A stretch of 64,000 bases of DNA from Phormidium sp. (GCA_051013385.1 CP143273.1:768001-832000); one strand, 5' to 3'; counted from the first letter of the stretch, positions 40,667 to 52,828 are shown. Notes: generated by a model from the sequence alone, not told the origin. Translations and numbers: made by a program.

Positions 40667-40904
40667 CATCAATCCCTTCCCAAAGTTGGGCGACAGGAAT
40701 AGTTTGTCCGGTCATTGCTTCCTGCCAAGCTTGACGGATATCTGCTAAAATTTCTTCTTTGGGTTGTTCATTTTCATTGATTTCTTCTGCTTCTGGAATT
40801 AGGACAATTACTTCAACGCGACTATTTTTATCTGTGATAATAGGGCGATCTAAAGTAATTTGCCCCTGTTCGTTGATGGTAGCCATAACTTTAATTGCTT
40901 TCAT
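40659..40904 (-). CDS. Putative antitoxin (cyanobacterial RelE/HigB-associated type)
   Basis: MKAIKVMATINEQGQITLD...QAWQEAMTGQTIPVAQLWEGID; GGAGG RBS. Confidence 0.7.
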   Translation of the reverse strand: MKAIKVMATINEQGQITLDRPIITDKNSRVEVIVLIPEAEEINENEQPKEEILADIRQAWQEAMTGQTIPVAQLWEGIDDV

Positions 40905-41226
40905 TGCTCCTCCAAATCAGTTTTCAGATATGAATATGCAATAATTTATTCATTATATTTTGGATTTGACAACCTTGCTGAATTATTCTAGAACTTGGCT
41001 GAAAAAAGTTCCTCCTATAGGATCTACTATCTGAGTTTAACAAGTAACTCTTAACCTAGTCTTAATTTGATTATGCTAGATAAATACGATCGCCTCCCAT
41101 CACCATCACACCTAGCATCATCATTAATTTACCCGATCGCACAACTCATTAATTATCTCTAAGATTTTGCCCTTCTACCGGAAAATCATGCAATCCTAAT
41201 AGTAGATTTATAGAGAAACCAGAGTT

Positions 41227-41819
41227 ATGCAAACATTAGTTGCAACTCCCACCAATCTGAACAATTGTGATTTATCAGATCCTCATCATCTACTAAAAAC
41301 ATTGCAAGATTTGCGTCAAAGTGTTTACCAAGAAGGACAGGAACTTTTTCAAAGCTGGCGACCCTCAATCAAGAGAAAATCTTTCTTATTAAGTGCTTTA
41401 AATTTAGCTTATTATTTAGCACTACGCCATCATGATTTACGACCAATCCAAACCGCACTTGTACCTTGGGGATTATCATCTTTAGGTCGCAGTGAATCGA
41501 GAGTTTTACCTAATTTAGATGCCGTAATTACTACTTTAGGGCATTAGCAGAAATGCAAGAAGAAATACTTTGGTTATGTCAATCTGCCCACATTCCCGTA
41601 ATTTGGGCAACCCAAGTCTTAGAAAATCTTGCCAAAACTGGTATCCCTTCTCGCGCCGAAATGACTGATGCTGCAATGGGAGAAAGGGCAGAATGTGTCA
41701 TGTTAAATAAAGGGCTATTTATTAACGAAACAGTAACAATTTTGGATGATGTTATGCGCCGCATGGAAGCTCATCAATTCAAAAAAACTCCGCAATTAAG
41801 GGCTTTACGTTCTTGGTAG
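41227..41819 (+). pseudogene. pyk: Pyruvate kinase family pseudogene with large internal deletion
   Basis: N-terminal NLAYYLALR..DLR...GLSSLGRSESRV joined out of frame to C-terminal [24 protein letters not shown]...[19 protein letters not shown]; central barrel missing. Confidence 0.85.
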
Positions 41820-42291
41820 CAGACTGTAGGGTGCGTTAATTGAACATAACGCACCATTCCTGTTATAATCTGGTGTTGTTGCGTAATGCTGAGATTTTGT
41901 GCGAAAGTAGAGCAAGAGATCGATCGCCAAAAGTAAACTTAAAAAGCAAATCTTTCATTGGCTAGTTTGTCCCACTCTTTAACACACCAACCAAACTGAT
42001 AATTAAGCTATAAATAGTATATTTACTTAGCCATTAATTCCCCAAACAGACGGTAATTATCACAGAAACAACTAAAAAACTCCTGAATGTCAGTGATAAA
42101 TTCATCGAATTTTATATAGAGTTGCTGCTTATCAATTATCTCCAAACGAGGCATTATAAAACTTTTACCAAAAATGCAATTTCAGGCTGTAATGTAAAAT
42201 TTTTATGAATCTAGAAGCAGACAATTGACTACCTTGCCGAAACCTCTGTATATTTTATTACGTAAGGTTTAGATAAAGTTTTTTGGTTCCC

Positions 42292-42744
42292 ATGAGTGCA
42301 TCAGATTGTCAAACTATTGTTTATCGGAATGCTATTGAGCCAATAGTAATTCAAGAAGTAGAACACCAACTTAAAAAGTTATCACCAAATATCCTTGAAT
42401 ATATTAATTCAGCACAAATTATCGCCTACGCCCTGAATCGCCTCCCGGCTTTGTACGCCACCAGTAAAGAGGGATGGAATGCTCAACAATTACGGGCACA
42501 AAAGCAAATGAAAGAGCAAATTACTACTGCTGTGCGACAAGGGTTGGCAGCTGTGCAAAGAGATCCTTTAAAAATTTCAACTCCTTTGCTAATACAAGAA
42601 GAAGCGAAACTAGCAGAGGAAGCAAAAGCAGAAGTTAAAGTGGAACAGAGAGAGAAAGCTCAGGAGCAAATTACAGAGGGATTTACAACTTTTTGCCAGA
42701 CAGAGAAGCGTAGCTTTTTTATTGATGGATGGGATGCTGGTTAG
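42292..42744 (+). CDS. ComFB family protein
   Basis: YRNAIEPIV.QEV...AYALNRLPALYATS.EGW...AVQRDPL. Confidence 0.88.
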   Translation: MSASDCQTIVYRNAIEPIVIQEVEHQLKKLSPNILEYINSAQIIAYALNRLPALYATSKEGWNAQQLRAQKQMKEQITTAVRQGLAAVQRDPLKISTPLLIQEEAKLAEEAKAEVKVEQREKAQEQITEGFTTFCQTEKRSFFIDGWDAG

Positions 42745-43437
42745 TCAGCTGTTTTCTCTGCTTTAAAGAACTGTAAGAGCATTTTTGCATAATGGTTTGA
42801 AATAGTCAAATTTTGCTTGGGGGAAATTTTTTAATTACTCTTAGTTTGAGCGTGCGGCTCTTTTCTTTGCGGGAATATACAGTTAAAGTGTTGGCTGAGG
42901 CTGTATATTTCCGCAAAACTACTTACTTTACGAACCTAATCTCAGAAAAATTACCTAATGTTGAATCGAATGCAACTTCAGCAATTAGTGAAAAGACTGG
43001 CTCACTTAAATCATGTTTGATAAATTCACTATCATAAAATAATTCATTTTTAGATAAATTACTTATTTACACTTAGAAAAAAAAGCCAACAATGTTAGGG
43101 ATAAACTCATATTAAAATTCCCATAAAATAAAATTTATATAAACTTTAAAGCAGTTTTTTCCCTAGGAAACCTCAAAACCTTGATTTGACAAAGCTTAGA
43201 CTCAAAAATGTCTGGTTACAGAGCTACTAGATACCTAACTTTTTTAATGTTTTTTATATAAAAAACATCCGTAACTAATGACATTGTTAACTACAGTATG
43301 AGAATCTATGTATTTAGAGATAGCAATCACTCTAGGTCAGCTAAATATGGCTCGCATAGTATGAGCAATTGGGCAACAAAATTTTTCTAGATGGATTGAT
43401 AAAAACTCCTAGTATTGTCAGAGGAAAATTTTTACCT

Positions 43438-44181
43438 ATGGATTCTTACGCTACTAAATTATCAGCTGGATTGTTAGCTGCTACAGTATCATTAACTTTA
43501 GCTAGTCAAGCTCAAGCAATTACCTTCTCTGGCAGTTCCTCTGGTGAATGGGGAATGCCTGCTAATCCTTCTGGAAGTACATCTATTTCTAGTCAAAATG
43601 GCGGGACAAACAATCATCTTTCTTGGGGGCGGATAGATTCATGTGGGGGAGGTTGTACACCATTCAATAATTATGTTCAATATGACAATGTAAGTTTTAA
43701 TGCCGAAGTAGATACTCTGTTTAATATCGGCAATCTCAGTTACCGCAATGGCTCTGTGTGGGATACTTTCAACGGTGACTTTCCTTTGAACTTATCTCTA
43801 TCTTTGACCAATCCTTTCAGCAGTAGCAGGGATTTTAACTTCTTGTTCAATATCTTTAACACGCCGAATGTTACTGGCAATGCGGTTCTAGATGGTGACA
43901 GGCTACGTTTTTCTACTGCTGGGTTCTCCAGTGAAACTTTTAACTACGATGGGGTAGATTATACTCTACAGTTAGTTGGTTTTTCTTCAGATGGTGGTCG
44001 AACGATCGTCAGAGAGTTTAATTCTCCAGAAGGTTCTATTGCTACAGCATCTTTGTACGGTAAAATTACAGCTTTTACACCACCAACACAGCAAAGCGTT
44101 CCTGAACCTGGAACTATAATCGCTCTGTCTGCGTTAGGGATTTACTCTATTTTCCGTTATCGGACTCAGAAAGCTCATTAA
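43438..44181 (+). CDS. PEP-CTERM exported protein (choice-of-anchor K-like domain)
   Basis: Signal peptide AQA, F..GNLSYRNG, IFNTPN, VPEP + TM + basic tail. Confidence 0.82.
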   Translation: MDSYATKLSAGLLAATVSLTLASQAQAITFSGSSSGEWGMPANPSGSTSISSQNGGTNNHLSWGRIDSCGGGCTPFNNYVQYDNVSFNAEVDTLFNIGNLSYRNGSVWDTFNGDFPLNLSLSLTNPFSSSRDFNFLFNIFNTPNVTGNAVLDGDRLRFSTAGFSSETFNYDGVDYTLQLVGFSSDGGRTIVREFNSPEGSIATASLYGKITAFTPPTQQSVPEPGTIIALSALGIYSIFRYRTQKAH

Positions 44182-44230
44182 GCTAGAAACGTACAAGTTC
44201 AATCATCAGTTTTCATCAATGTCAACTAAG

Positions 44231-44269
44231 ATAGACCGTACTTTCCTGGAAAAGTACGGCTATTTTTTT
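44231..44269 (+). terminator. Intrinsic terminator
   Basis: ccgtacttt...aaagtacgg hairpin followed by a T run. Confidence 0.65.
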
Positions 44270-44571
44270 ATTGCTATTGGTCAAAATCACGATAATTACG
44301 TAGGGTTTGCCAACTTCATCTCTGACATTCCCTATATATTCTCCCCGAACAACTCCGATAAATTTTTTTATTAAGATTATGTAAATTCCCTGGCGACTCA
44401 AAAGAAGTATATGCCAAGCTGTACTCACCAATAAATGTACATAAGTACAATACAAGTTTTCTAATTTATCCGGGTGCAATATTTATTGCGCTCGCCTGTG
44501 CGTGCCTAAATTTATTTAGCACTTTCACAGGTAATTTCTAATGTCAACATTCACCGCTTGGAGCAAAGACT

Positions 44572-45252
44572 ATGATGAAAAAATTATCGATGGTTACTGC
44601 TGGCTCAGTATTTATTGCTCTAGGAACCATTAGTTCGGCTCAGGGTGCAATCATAACATTCAATGATGCTATTTCTGGTGCGCCCAGCTATTCTTTTGAC
44701 GGCGACGGAGATGGAATTAATGATGTCATCTTCACTACAACCGATCCCAATGGCTTTAACACAGTCGGGCCAGGTCCTAATATGACCTATGTTCAACAGC
44801 CAGGACTAGAAGGCACATCTTTACTTCCGGTTGATTTGAGAGTAGATTTTCTAGTTGGGGCAGAAAACTATCTCAAGTTTGGGTTTGCCCTTAATAGTGG
44901 TACGGAAAGTCCTCAAACCTTCACCTCGTTCCAGGTTTATGACCGTAACAATAACCTGCTGGCTTCGGACTTGGAATATGGTCGCTATACTTATCCAAAC
45001 GGCACAATGCCAAGCAGTTTCCCCGAAGGCGTAATCGAAACTAACTTTACAGGGGTTGCAGCTTATGCGCTCTTTAACTTTAGTAGCGATTTCGGACGGT
45101 ATTTAATTGACAATTTTGAGGGAAATTTCGGAACTACAGAAGTTAGCGTTCCTGAACCTGCTTCTACCTTGGGCTTGCTGGCATTAGGTACTCTAGGTGC
45201 AGGTTCGATGCTCAAGCGCCAACAGCAAAAGAACGCCACAAAAACAGCATAA
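44572..45252 (+). CDS. PEP-CTERM exported protein
   Basis: Signal peptide, VPEPASTLGLLALGTLGAGSMLKR. Confidence 0.88.
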   Translation: MMKKLSMVTAGSVFIALGTISSAQGAIITFNDAISGAPSYSFDGDGDGINDVIFTTTDPNGFNTVGPGPNMTYVQQPGLEGTSLLPVDLRVDFLVGAENYLKFGFALNSGTESPQTFTSFQVYDRNNNLLASDLEYGRYTYPNGTMPSSFPEGVIETNFTGVAAYALFNFSSDFGRYLIDNFEGNFGTTEVSVPEPASTLGLLALGTLGAGSMLKRQQQKNATKTA

Positions 45253-45399
45253 CTCAATAACCTAATCCGTTTAGGGGAAACGGTTTTAACCCTGGAAACA
45301 AAATCTGTTCCTGAACCTACTTCTACTTTAAGTTTGCTGGTTATCGGTTCTGTGGGTATCAGTTCGATTCTCAAGCGCCAGAAAAACAAAGCTGTCTAA
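45253..45399 (+). pseudogene. Orphan second PEP-CTERM sorting signal, in frame behind the stop of 44572-45252
   Basis: LNNLIRLGETVLTLETKSVPEPTSTLSLLVIGSVGISSILKRQKNKAV*. Confidence 0.75.
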
Positions 45400-45440
45400 A
45401 GCAGTATCACCCGATTAATCATAAAACTGTTTTTCTAGAT

Positions 45441-45478
45441 GTGGTGTTTACCTTTCGGTAAACACCACTGATTTTTTT
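45441..45478 (+). terminator. Intrinsic terminator
   Basis: gtggtgtttacc-tttc-ggtaaacaccac followed by a T run. Confidence 0.75.
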
Positions 45479-45535
45479 AGCCCGGATCGATCGCACTACT
45501 CTCCAGTAGATCGATCGCGTTCAGTGGTACGCTAA

Positions 45536-47041
<1,506 letters not shown>

Positions 47042-47121
47042 TTAGGATCTAGGGCAGGGAAAAATTATCTCTGCCCCGATCGGCAAAATCGAAAATCGAA
47101 AATCTAAAATCGCAAATCGAA

Positions 47122-47538
47122 ATGACTTTAAAAGTTCGTGTGATTGCACCAGATAAAACTGTCTGGGATTCTACTGCCCAAGAAATTATTCTCCCCAGCA
47201 CTACGGGACAATTAGGTATTTTAAGTGGTCACGCGCCACTTTTAACGGCTTTGGATACCGGAGTTATGCGAGTTCGCCCGGATAAAAACTGGGTGGCGAT
47301 CGCTCTGATGGGCGGTTTTGCTGAAGTGGAAAATAATGAGGTGACGATTTTGGTTAATGGCGCAGAACGCAGCGATTCGATAGATATCGAAAAAGCTCGT
47401 ACTGCTTACACCAAAGCTCAAGAGCGTTTTAATCAAGTACAAAACAGCGAAAATCGTCAGGAAAAAATTCAGGCTACCCAAGCTTTGAAAAGAGCTCGCG
47501 CTCGTTTTCAAGCTGCTGGTGGCATGGTTCAAGTTTAA
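47122..47538 (+). CDS. atpC: F0F1 ATP synthase subunit epsilon
   Basis: [23 protein letters not shown]; follows the beta gene. Confidence 0.97.
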   Translation: MTLKVRVIAPDKTVWDSTAQEIILPSTTGQLGILSGHAPLLTALDTGVMRVRPDKNWVAIALMGGFAEVENNEVTILVNGAERSDSIDIEKARTAYTKAQERFNQVQNSENRQEKIQATQALKRARARFQAAGGMVQV

Positions 47539-47554
47539 ACCTAAATCAAAGCGG

Positions 47555-47605
47555 GTAGGGTGTGTCAGAGGATCGTAGCGATCGTCAAAGTCTGACGCAC
47601 CCTAT
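47555..47605. repeat. GTAG-type REP hairpin / terminator after atpC
   Basis: tagggtgtgtcaga...tctgacgcacccta; related element at 41826-41855. Confidence 0.6.
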
Positions 47606-47720
47606 CAACTAACTATAAATAAAATCTCAATCTCCCGCTTTAATCTTGATACTAAGATCGAGCAAAAATATGTTAAAAAGAATTCAAGTTTAATTTTTGC
47701 GGTGGGCAAAGCGCACCTTT

Positions 47721-48476
47721 TCATTTAAGCTTGGTTAAGACTTTTGTTAGTTCTTTATTTAAAATTTCATATCCTTTTTCATTTAGATGTAATGTGTCTT
47801 TGTAGTAATTATGTTTCTGGGTTTGATTTAAAAGCGAATAGCTATCAAAAATTATCACGTTCGGCGCTTGCAAAGAAGATATGTAAGAGTTTACCTCGAC
47901 AACAGCCCGATCGATCTCTGAAGACCAAAATGGTTTCCTCACCAGTGGGATTTCTCCAGGCGGAATGATAGTTGTCAGGATAACTGTAGCACCTAAAGAA
48001 CGCGATCGCTTGACAATCTCCTGAATGTTTGCCTTACAATTGGCAACTATGGTGGAATGGCGATCGGGAAATAGCGGTATGGTTTTTAAATCGTTAATTC
48101 CCACTTGAACAATTATAATTTGCGGACGCAAGGGTACAACTTGTTTTTCAAAACGTCCCAATACTTGAGTAGAAGTTTGACCGGAAATCCCCCCATTTAT
48201 AGAGGAAAAACCCTTTATTTCTGTGGGTAACGTCCATTCTTGCGCTCGCGAATCGCCAAAAAATATTACTTTAGAAAGCGAATCATTACTCGCATTAACT
48301 TCTCTAGAATTGCCTTTAATATATTCCAAACCTAGTGGATCTAAAGTAGTTTGATTAAGTAGTAAGTAATAATGTCTCGCTGCTATAAATAAAATTACAT
48401 TGAGCGCCACTGATGCAATCAAAGCACTTACAGATAAGATGAAGACTAAAAGAAAAAATTTTTGTGATTTTTGCAT
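47721..48476 (-). CDS. SGNH/GDSL hydrolase
   Basis: FFGDS, GISGQT, GINDL, DTLH. Confidence 0.9.
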   Translation of the reverse strand: MQKSQKFFLLVFILSVSALIASVALNVILFIAARHYYLLLNQTTLDPLGLEYIKGNSREVNASNDSLSKVIFFGDSRAQEWTLPTEIKGFSSINGGISGQTSTQVLGRFEKQVVPLRPQIIIVQVGINDLKTIPLFPDRHSTIVANCKANIQEIVKRSRSLGATVILTTIIPPGEIPLVRKPFWSSEIDRAVVEVNSYISSLQAPNVIIFDSYSLLNQTQKHNYYKDTLHLNEKGYEILNKELTKVLTKLK

Positions 48477-48581
48477 AATCTGTAGTAACTTCAAGGAAGA
48501 TTAAGCTGGTGTTTTTCCAGTGTAGTATTCATTTCATTATAATGATAATACTTTTGGATATCATCATAAGGAGAGAAATCG

Positions 48582-49133
48582 ATGGAAAGTAAAGCACCAC
48601 CAAACGCACCAGTACAACGGCGAACTCTGTTCAATATTTCTGATGAGATCAGTGAGTTAACCAGTTTACTTGATGATATAGAAGATGACGATCTTGAAAG
48701 CGAACAGTTAATTACTAGTTGGCTGGAAAATTTGGGTGAAGAACGCGATCGCAAACTAGACAACTACGCCGCTTTAATTGCGGAATTGGAAGCCAAAGCA
48801 GAAGTCAGGAAAAAAGAAGCACAAAGATTAGCCAAATTAGCCGCTAGTGATGAAAAAAAAGCGGCTATGCTCAAAGAAAGATTGAAGTGGTTTTTTGAAG
48901 TCAATAAGTTGAAAACTTTAGAAACTGCTCGTTACAAATTATCTTTAACTAAAAGCGGTGGTAAACCACCTTTAATTTTAAATGATGGTATTTCTCCTAC
49001 TGATTTACCCCAAAAATTTCAAAAAATCCACGTCGAAGCAGATAAAATGGCAATTAGAGCCGCTTTAGAAGCAGGAGATGAATTAGATTTTGCTCATTTA
49101 GGCGATCGGAGTTCCAGTCTGAGAATCCGATAA
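48582..49133 (+). CDS. Siphovirus Gp157 family protein
   Basis: TLFNI...KLDNYAALI.ELEA.A...K.EA.RL; C-terminal ADK.AIR.AL..G...FA.L.....LRIR. Confidence 0.8.
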   Translation: MESKAPPNAPVQRRTLFNISDEISELTSLLDDIEDDDLESEQLITSWLENLGEERDRKLDNYAALIAELEAKAEVRKKEAQRLAKLAASDEKKAAMLKERLKWFFEVNKLKTLETARYKLSLTKSGGKPPLILNDGISPTDLPQKFQKIHVEADKMAIRAALEAGDELDFAHLGDRSSSLRIR

Positions 49134-49134
49134 T

Positions 49135-49518
49135 CTACCAATAGTTTTTCCTATTTCCTTGTCTGTCAAAAAACTGACTATCTTGCATATAACGCAAGGC
49201 TGGATCAACTTCTCCTTCTTTCAAAGGAGTGGAAACTTTCAGCGGATCTGCTTGTACTGCTACTAATCCTTGACGCACAGCTGTAGTAATTTGCTCTTTC
49301 AGTTTAGTTTTCGCCCGTACTTGTTGCCAATGCCAACCCTCTTCACTGGTAGCGTATAATGCTGGCAATCGATTCAGGGCATAAGCTACAACTTGTATTG
49401 GATCAATATATTTGAGCATCTTTGGTGGTAACTGTTGTAACTGATGCTCCACTTCCTGTACTACCATTGGTTCAATCGCATTACGATAAACCAAGCTCTT
49501 ACTTGTGATTGTTTTCAT
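49135..49518 (-). CDS. ComFB family protein
   Basis: YRNAIEPMV...AYALNRLPALYATSEEGW. Confidence 0.88.
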   Translation of the reverse strand: MKTITSKSLVYRNAIEPMVVQEVEHQLQQLPPKMLKYIDPIQVVAYALNRLPALYATSEEGWHWQQVRAKTKLKEQITTAVRQGLVAVQADPLKVSTPLKEGEVDPALRYMQDSQFFDRQGNRKNYW

Positions 49519-49837
49519 CGGAGAACACTTAAATTAGGAAATGCTCAACAGAGTAACGCAACAATTTTGATGTGCAATCAAACTTTACACAACTAACATT
49601 CTGGCACCCTGACACCCCTAATCTAAAAATTCATCGGGGCTTTTAACTAAGTCAATCTATCAAAATTTGTAGGCTTGCATCTTAACCTATTTTTCTGATA
49701 CCAGTCAATTCTCTATCAACAAATTTTATATTAATTATTATGTAGATAGAGAGTAGTCACAGTATCTTTAAATTGAAACAAACAGTTTTTCATGAAATGT
49801 TAAACAACTATTGTGGCAAAAATTGGTTGCCTATCTT

Positions 49838-50293
49838 CTAGCGCAATAAGTATTTTTTTTGCCCAGTGCGATGATTACCTTCTAAATTATGCGAAGCCAT
49901 ATCCAAGTTGCCACGCCTTTTTAACGGAGTTGTCACTTTCAAAGGATCTTTTTGCACAGCAGCAAATCCTTGACGTACTGCCATTAAAATCTGGTTTTTA
50001 AGTTCAGTTCTTGCTTTAAGCTGCTGCCTACGCCATCCCTCTTCGCTAGTAGCATACAGTGAAGGCAGACGATTTAGTGCATAAGCAACCACTTGCGCTG
50101 GATTGATGTATTTGGCAAGATGGGGTGGCAGTTTCTCTATTTTTCGTTCCACCTCTTCTATTACTATTGCTTCCAAAACATTAATGTAAGTTAATGGTTG
50201 ATTCCGTGAGGTTGACGAGACTGTTTTACTCCCGAACAGCTGTTCAGGCTTCTGAGATACTGATCTGTAATCGTCTGGGTTAAACGCCGTCAT
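49838..50293 (-). CDS. ComFB family protein
   Basis: YINVLEAIV.EEV...AYALNRLPSLYATSEEGW. Confidence 0.88.
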   Translation of the reverse strand: MTAFNPDDYRSVSQKPEQLFGSKTVSSTSRNQPLTYINVLEAIVIEEVERKIEKLPPHLAKYINPAQVVAYALNRLPSLYATSEEGWRRQQLKARTELKNQILMAVRQGFAAVQKDPLKVTTPLKRRGNLDMASHNLEGNHRTGQKKYLLR

Positions 50294-50867
50294 ACAGTAA
50301 CTATTCTCCAATTACTCAGTAGCAGTATTCTTACTTAAACTAATACTTACGTATTACTTCTGATCTTAGCTTATTGATTTTATTTGTACCCGTACTTATA
50401 CCAATTAATTTTACTCTGGCTTGAGGAATTTTTGATATTTATATTAAGAAAAAAAATGCCTCTAGCCTGAATGGAAAAGTCCGATTGACTTGTCGGAAAG
50501 GAGAAAATTATATAAATTTTTTTTGTTGCCACATCATTATTTTTCCAACTAAAATCCTACAAATAACCTAGTTACCTAGCCCAGTAACTCATCAATTTAA
50601 GATATCAATACTTATATATAAAATGTTGCCAGACGACTCCCACAAGAGCGTTAGCTTGAGGGTGAGACAGTCAACTGGCGATCGATAAACCCGATCGATT
50701 CAGGAAGCGCTTTCTCGATCGGGAATCTTAGTCCCCAGTCCCCAGCCTCCAAAACACCAGGGTTTTCCACTCCCAGTACAACAGAGCCGTTAAGGTGTGA
50801 CGGGGGTCTTCTTGGGGAAGACAGATAAATGTTATTTTATAGCCAATTGGCAAGAGGTTAGAAGCTA

Positions 50868-52529
50868 ATGGCGCAATTGGAAAACCAAAGGCAAACTCAG
50901 GGTGAAGGCAACCCGCAAACCGCAGAAGAATTTCTGAGGGTGTTGACAGATCAACTCCAAGACATTAAAAAAAGTGTATTAGAGGAGTTGCAGCAGGAAG
51001 TCCAGAAGCTACAAAGTGAGAAGTCTAGCTTAAATATTGAGATTGAGCAGATGCGATCGCACTATCAACAGCAGACCGCAGAACAGCGAGTCTGGACTCA
51101 ACAGCTGGCTCAGAACTTGGCTACTGGGCTGCAAGAAGAGTTAAGACAACAGCAACTTAATTTTTTCGCAGCTAATGCTTCCGGGTCAAGTGGCAACCAA
51201 GACGAAAACTCTTACCAGCTACTTGCTGACCTAAATTCTACGTTAAGTTCCACCTTAAGGGCTCTACAACAGGACATCAACAATTATCAAAGCAACTTAT
51301 CCCAACAGTTAGGTCGGATGCAAACCCTAGAACAGCAAGGGGAAGCTATTTTAGAAGCCCTAGTAACTCGCATTCGGCTGCAACTTCAGGAAACCTACCG
51401 ACCAGAGAGAACTTCTTCTGTACCCAGAGTCACACCGGGTCGTCGTCCAGCGGCTTTGCCCGGTCGTAGTACTCAGCAACAGCAGCCACCCGCAGTTGGC
51501 CCAGCACCAACTGCCCCAGCGACTCCTACCACATCATCTCCCCAAGCAACAAATTTCAAATTAGGAGTGGTTTTAGTTTTAATTTCTTCTTTGATGTTTT
51601 CCTTACAAAACATCGTTGTCAGGGTGCTATTAAGGGAGCAAAATATCTTTGGCTTATTTAAAGTTGGTGGGTTTATTACTCCGAGCCCTGGTAACTCTTT
51701 ATTAATTTTGTTGTTGCGAATGATCTTGGTTGCGCCCTTAATGGCTTTTGTCGTCGCACCATTGTTTTATAACAATACCTGGCGAGATATCAAACATTTG
51801 GGGCAGAAAAGTCAGTTTGGTAGACTGTTAAGCGTGATTGGGAGTGGCTTTTTTCTCTTCCTATCCCAATTTTTTATCTACATTGCTTTAGGAAACATTC
51901 CTACGGGGGTAGCAACGACAATTTTCTTTGTTTATCCAACGATTACCATTTTGTTGTCTTGGTTCATCTTCCGCGACAAACCAACATTTTTACTGGTTTT
52001 GGCGACTATTTCTATTTACATAGGTGGCTTCCTCACTATTCCCAGTTTTACCTCTGGGGCGAGAGGCAATGTTAATTTGGGAGTAACAACAGCTGTTTGC
52101 TCTGGTGTGGCTTTTGCGGTTTACGTGGTGTTGATTAAAGTCAGTCGGATGCACCCAATTCCCTTTAGTGTGGTTAACTTTACCACAATTTTGTTTTTGT
52201 CTGCGATCGTCCTCCCCTTTTTCGGCTATCAAGTTAAGCCGACAATGTGGACTAGCTTGTTAATTGGAACCTTAGTGTTAGCTACTACCACCCTTTGTGG
52301 TTATCTCCTCAACAACTTTGGTGTGCCATTAATCGGACCACCTTTAGCTTCCGTTGTTAGTGCTAGTGGTCCTGCTTTAACCACCATTTTAGCTTTCTTT
52401 ATTATTCAAGAAAATTTGCAACTTTACCAAGTTCTTGGCGTGGTACTAGTAACAGTTTGGGTAATTGGAATTAGCGCCCAAAATTTGAAGCCAAAAGACC
52501 CTCCAACTCAGCCTGCTGCAAGTAAGTAA
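50868..52529 (+). CDS. sepJ: Septal junction protein SepJ/FraG-like (coiled coil + Pro-rich linker + EamA/DMT permease)
   Basis: N-terminal coiled coil (LQQDINNYQSNLSQQLGRM..LEQQGEAILEALV), P/T-rich linker, ~10 TM EamA domain. Confidence 0.8.
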   Translation: MAQLENQRQTQGEGNPQTAEEFLRVLTDQLQDIKKSVLEELQQEVQKLQSEKSSLNIEIEQMRSHYQQQTAEQRVWTQQLAQNLATGLQEELRQQQLNFFAANASGSSGNQDENSYQLLADLNSTLSSTLRALQQDINNYQSNLSQQLGRMQTLEQQGEAILEALVTRIRLQLQETYRPERTSSVPRVTPGRRPAALPGRSTQQQQPPAVGPAPTAPATPTTSSPQATNFKLGVVLVLISSLMFSLQNIVVRVLLREQNIFGLFKVGGFITPSPGNSLLILLLRMILVAPLMAFVVAPLFYNNTWRDIKHLGQKSQFGRLLSVIGSGFFLFLSQFFIYIALGNIPTGVATTIFFVYPTITILLSWFIFRDKPTFLLVLATISIYIGGFLTIPSFTSGARGNVNLGVTTAVCSGVAFAVYVVLIKVSRMHPIPFSVVNFTTILFLSAIVLPFFGYQVKPTMWTSLLIGTLVLATTTLCGYLLNNFGVPLIGPPLASVVSASGPALTTILAFFIIQENLQLYQVLGVVLVTVWVIGISAQNLKPKDPPTQPAASK

Positions 52530-52555
52530 GCTTCCGAAAAATACAACTTTTAGTA

Positions 52556-52594
52556 TTAAGGACTGGGTGTTAATTCACTCAGTCCTTAACTTTT
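52556..52594. terminator. Hairpin terminator between sepJ and tRNA-Ser
   Basis: ttaaggactgggtg...cactcagtccttaa. Confidence 0.6.
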
Positions 52595-52741
52595 GAAATG
52601 TCGAGCGAGTTCATTTTCCTATACAGCAACGGAACTGCTTCGTTAAAATCCTTCTAAAGCCCATATAAATAAATGGGTCAACCAGTAGTTAAGTAGCTAC
52701 TAAAAGTCTTTAGTGCTTATAACCTTTACGGGATAAGAAAA

Positions 52742-52828
52742 CGGAGAGGGAGGGATTCGAACCCTCGTTGAAGTTGCCCCCAAACAGCATTTCCAGTGCT
52801 GCGCCTTCAACCACTCGGCCACCTCTCC
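52742..52828 (-). tRNA. tRNA-Ser (GGA)
   Basis: GGAGAGG...CCTCTCC acceptor stem, anticodon loop CTGGAAA, long variable arm, GGTTCGAATCC. Confidence 0.95.

Noticed and set aside
42813..43037. 74 aa ORF, and the many short antisense ORFs inside long genes
   Set aside because: No RBS, motifs or coding-like composition; shadow frames
44436..44449. LexA-like TGTACATAAGTACA upstream of a PEP-CTERM gene
   Set aside because: Deviates from the consensus at the terminal positions and no clear promoter overlap
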